Shown in pieces: positions 61,690 to 64,000 of a stretch of 64,000 nt of DNA. Location of the stretch: assembly GCA_003971905.1 (NCBI GenBank), contig RSEE01000013.1, forward strand, positions 496,001 through 560,000. Reading direction: 5' to 3'. The notes beneath the pieces are model-generated. The model had not been told where the DNA came from and ran no database searches. It worked only from the letters and a program-made list of their open reading frames with translations. The position numbers and the translations under genes were made by a program. Source of the DNA: Moniliella sp. 'wahieum' (taxonomy: Eukaryota). Position 1 is the stretch's first letter. Each line of letters opens with the position of its first letter.

Positions 61690-62262
61690 ACCGTCGCTAC
61701 CGTTTCACGCTGGAACCCTTCCACGCTGGAGAGGGCAAATAATATCACCGATACTCTGGCTGCGGGTGGCTGGGAACGTGTCACGGGGCAGCTGATGTAA
61801 AAAGTGCAGGCCAACCAACCGATTTTATTAGGGTGGTGCATGAGAGCACCGCAACCCCCTTGGAACGCCGGGAGAAGGAGCTGCTTCGGATGCTTGAACA
61901 AGCAGAATGCGACAAGAACGCCAAGTACCAGGGACGCACTCAAGAGCCGTTTTTCCCCCTGGTTTGACGACGCGAGGATACTACGGCACCAAGACAGCGG
62001 GCAAGTTGTTCGCGCATTGGAAGGAGTTGGCTACTAAGTCTCAGTGGAAATGGTTCCTCGCTCGGATGTCAACCACGTTCCTCCGTGTCCACACGCGCTT
62101 CCTAGGGTACGGGACCGGATGGCGTGAGCCGGAGGGTCCTGATATCCTGGCGATCCCCCTGGTCCCTTGACCCTGGTGGCGCCCCCAAGTAACCCCCGCA
62201 AGATGAACGGTTAGGTTTAGACGTAGCGTTCCCCCTGTCCCAGCCTTAAGCTCTGTCAATGA
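61690..62262 (+). mobile_element. 5'-truncated non-LTR retrotransposon with restriction-like endonuclease C-terminus (CRE/Cnl1/R2-group-like; copy F)
   Basis: Translates, with indels, to LEP...LRVAG...LLRMLEQAECDKNAKYQGRTQEPFFPLV(L)TTRGYYGTK...FAHWK...LARMSTTFLR. This fits the K-x2-KY...F-x-PLV-x-T-x2-G REL pattern, and is followed by the shared 3' UTR. Confidence 0.7.
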
Positions 62263-62875
62263 AATGGACGTGACCTAGAGATTGCTCTCTCTTTTCATCA
62301 AGAGAGGATGGGATGGATGAGAACAGAGTCTGAAACGGCATTCTGCTTCGCAAGCCACGAAACCGAAACCAGAAGGAAGTCAAAACAAGGAGAAAACTCG
62401 AGAAACACGGACGAAAGTGGGGGAAAGGGAAAGGGAAAGGGAAAGGGAAAGGGAAAGGAAGAAGAATGGATATGTTTTTTTTGTTGGGTGTATTGATAGT
62501 GTGGATGATACCAAAAGTTCTCTTATCTTTCTTCGTCCCACAAACGCGGGGTACCTTGTAATCGGAGGGGGGATCATCTTCGCCTCCCGATTGTTGTGGT
62601 GTTGATCAAAATGGAAATGATAATGATAATGGAAAGCTTCAATTGAGCTAAGACTGGGTGGATCGTATCAATCATCTCATCATCGGGCGCGAGAGAATCC
62701 CCGTAATATAATGCTTGGGATCTCACTCTTGCCTTTTTGTGGTGATGAGTTGACAGAGAGACTGATCTCATCCCGTCTCATCTCGAATTCTTGTCTTGTC
62801 GGTTTTCAATATGTTTTCAATAGAGATGTGATGTGGATACCAATGGTGGTAAACACACAAGGTGAAAGGTCACCT

Positions 62876-64000
62876 TCAATGGGCTCGTTCTCCGTTTGCC
62901 CCTTGTCTTCCGCGTAGGTGGAGGAGGACCAGTGGTTCAAAAGTGCTCTTCGTGGTCCGAGCCAGAACCAGAACTTTCGTCGCTACTGCTTTCCGTCTCG
63001 GCAACCTCATCAGCATACGGGTCAAACTTGCTCCATCGCCCCCGCGTTGGCGAATAGGCAGCTCCTTTGCCTGTGGGCGGGCACAAGCGCTCGTGCAAGC
63101 GCACAAAGTGGTCTTCAATGGGCATAGACTTGTTCCGGGGCCAAAGTTCCACCACCCGATCCAAATGGGCCTGCTCCAGCAGCTCATCGACAAACTGCTC
63201 CATCGAATGGTACCGTGTGCTACCTGCGAGATGGGTAAACAGTTTGTACAGGAACGGTACAGTTGACGTGTTCCGTTGTGCCCTCCGTTGGTCCTGCAAG
63301 ATGCGCACCAGCAGCGCATACTTGCCCCGGACACGAACGTCGTGGAGGTAAAAGGATTTATCACCTTGCTTTTTCCATAGACCCGTGTGGTAGTGCGTCC
63401 AACGATAATCTTGGCTCAGCTGGAATCCGCCGCGGTCCACTTTGCGCCACCCATCTTGGTCCGTGCGTTCGGTACTGGAGCGGGAGGGCATCTCATCCTT
63501 GGAGGACGTGTCTAGTGGTTCACTGGACGGGCAAATCCCCTTCATGGCCAGGACAATAGAGTGATTGTCCACCACTTCAATCCATTCCGTACCGGGGTAA
63601 GGACCGCCACCCAGCCGGACCAGTCCCAAGTCAGCTGCCGCACTGGCATAGTCGGCCCACCCGCCAAACCGGCACCAGCGTAAACCTTCTGGTACTGCGC
63701 CACAAGCGTCGTGGCCGTCCGAGAGCGAAGTTGCCTCGTTACCGACGCCTTCTTCATATTAATGCCCCGCCTTCCCAAAGACGTGTCCCGGGGCATGTCC
63801 AACAGCACCTGAATCAACGGGATAAAGTACATCTGGTAGTTATTGCTCTTTTCGTTTTCTTTTCCTGGGACTTCTTCAGCGGGGCAAAGTACTGCTGCAA
63901 CCCCGTTTCGTCGTCCAAAGCAGGACGCCCAGCAGGCGACTTGATACCAGTCGGAACCTTCGGCACCACTGCGGGGGCGCTAAGGTCCGAGGCGCGGCTG
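62876..64000 (-). CDS. Hypothetical protein (partial, frameshifted)
   Basis: Overlapping minus-strand ORFs 63542-63832 and 62937-63629 (230 aa) with protein-like composition. No family recognised. Confidence 0.35.

Overview
Eukaryotic, GC-rich fungal DNA. Short GT..AG introns with CTAAC/CTGAC branch points and intron-containing tRNAs point to a basidiomycete, probably Ustilaginomycotina-like (inference). Recognisable genes: a LUFS/LisH polyQ transcriptional regulator (Flo8/Som1-like), an FCY2-family purine-cytosine permease, an atypical Slt2/Mpk2-like MAP kinase, a divergent cyclase-associated protein, a GtaA-type glutaminase, a GAF hybrid histidine kinase, EFR3, a PTC2/3-type PP2C, SNF7, SWP1, a rhomboid protease, a 5'-truncated hotdog thioesterase, tRNA-Arg(ACG) and tRNA-Pro(AGG). 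Most genes carry single-base indels, most likely long-read assembly errors, so exact CDS ends are approximate. Mobile DNA: six 5'-truncated copies of a non-LTR retroelement with a restriction-like endonuclease (REL) C-terminus, and a 1.4-kb non-autonomous LTR element. That element has identical 240-bp LTRs, mismatched flanks and a candidate half-tRNA-Tyr primer site, and it cuts off the thioesterase 5' end. The most unusual signal is a window-wide intergenic pattern of 7-bp-period arrays built from T-N-A plus many different 4-bp palindromes.
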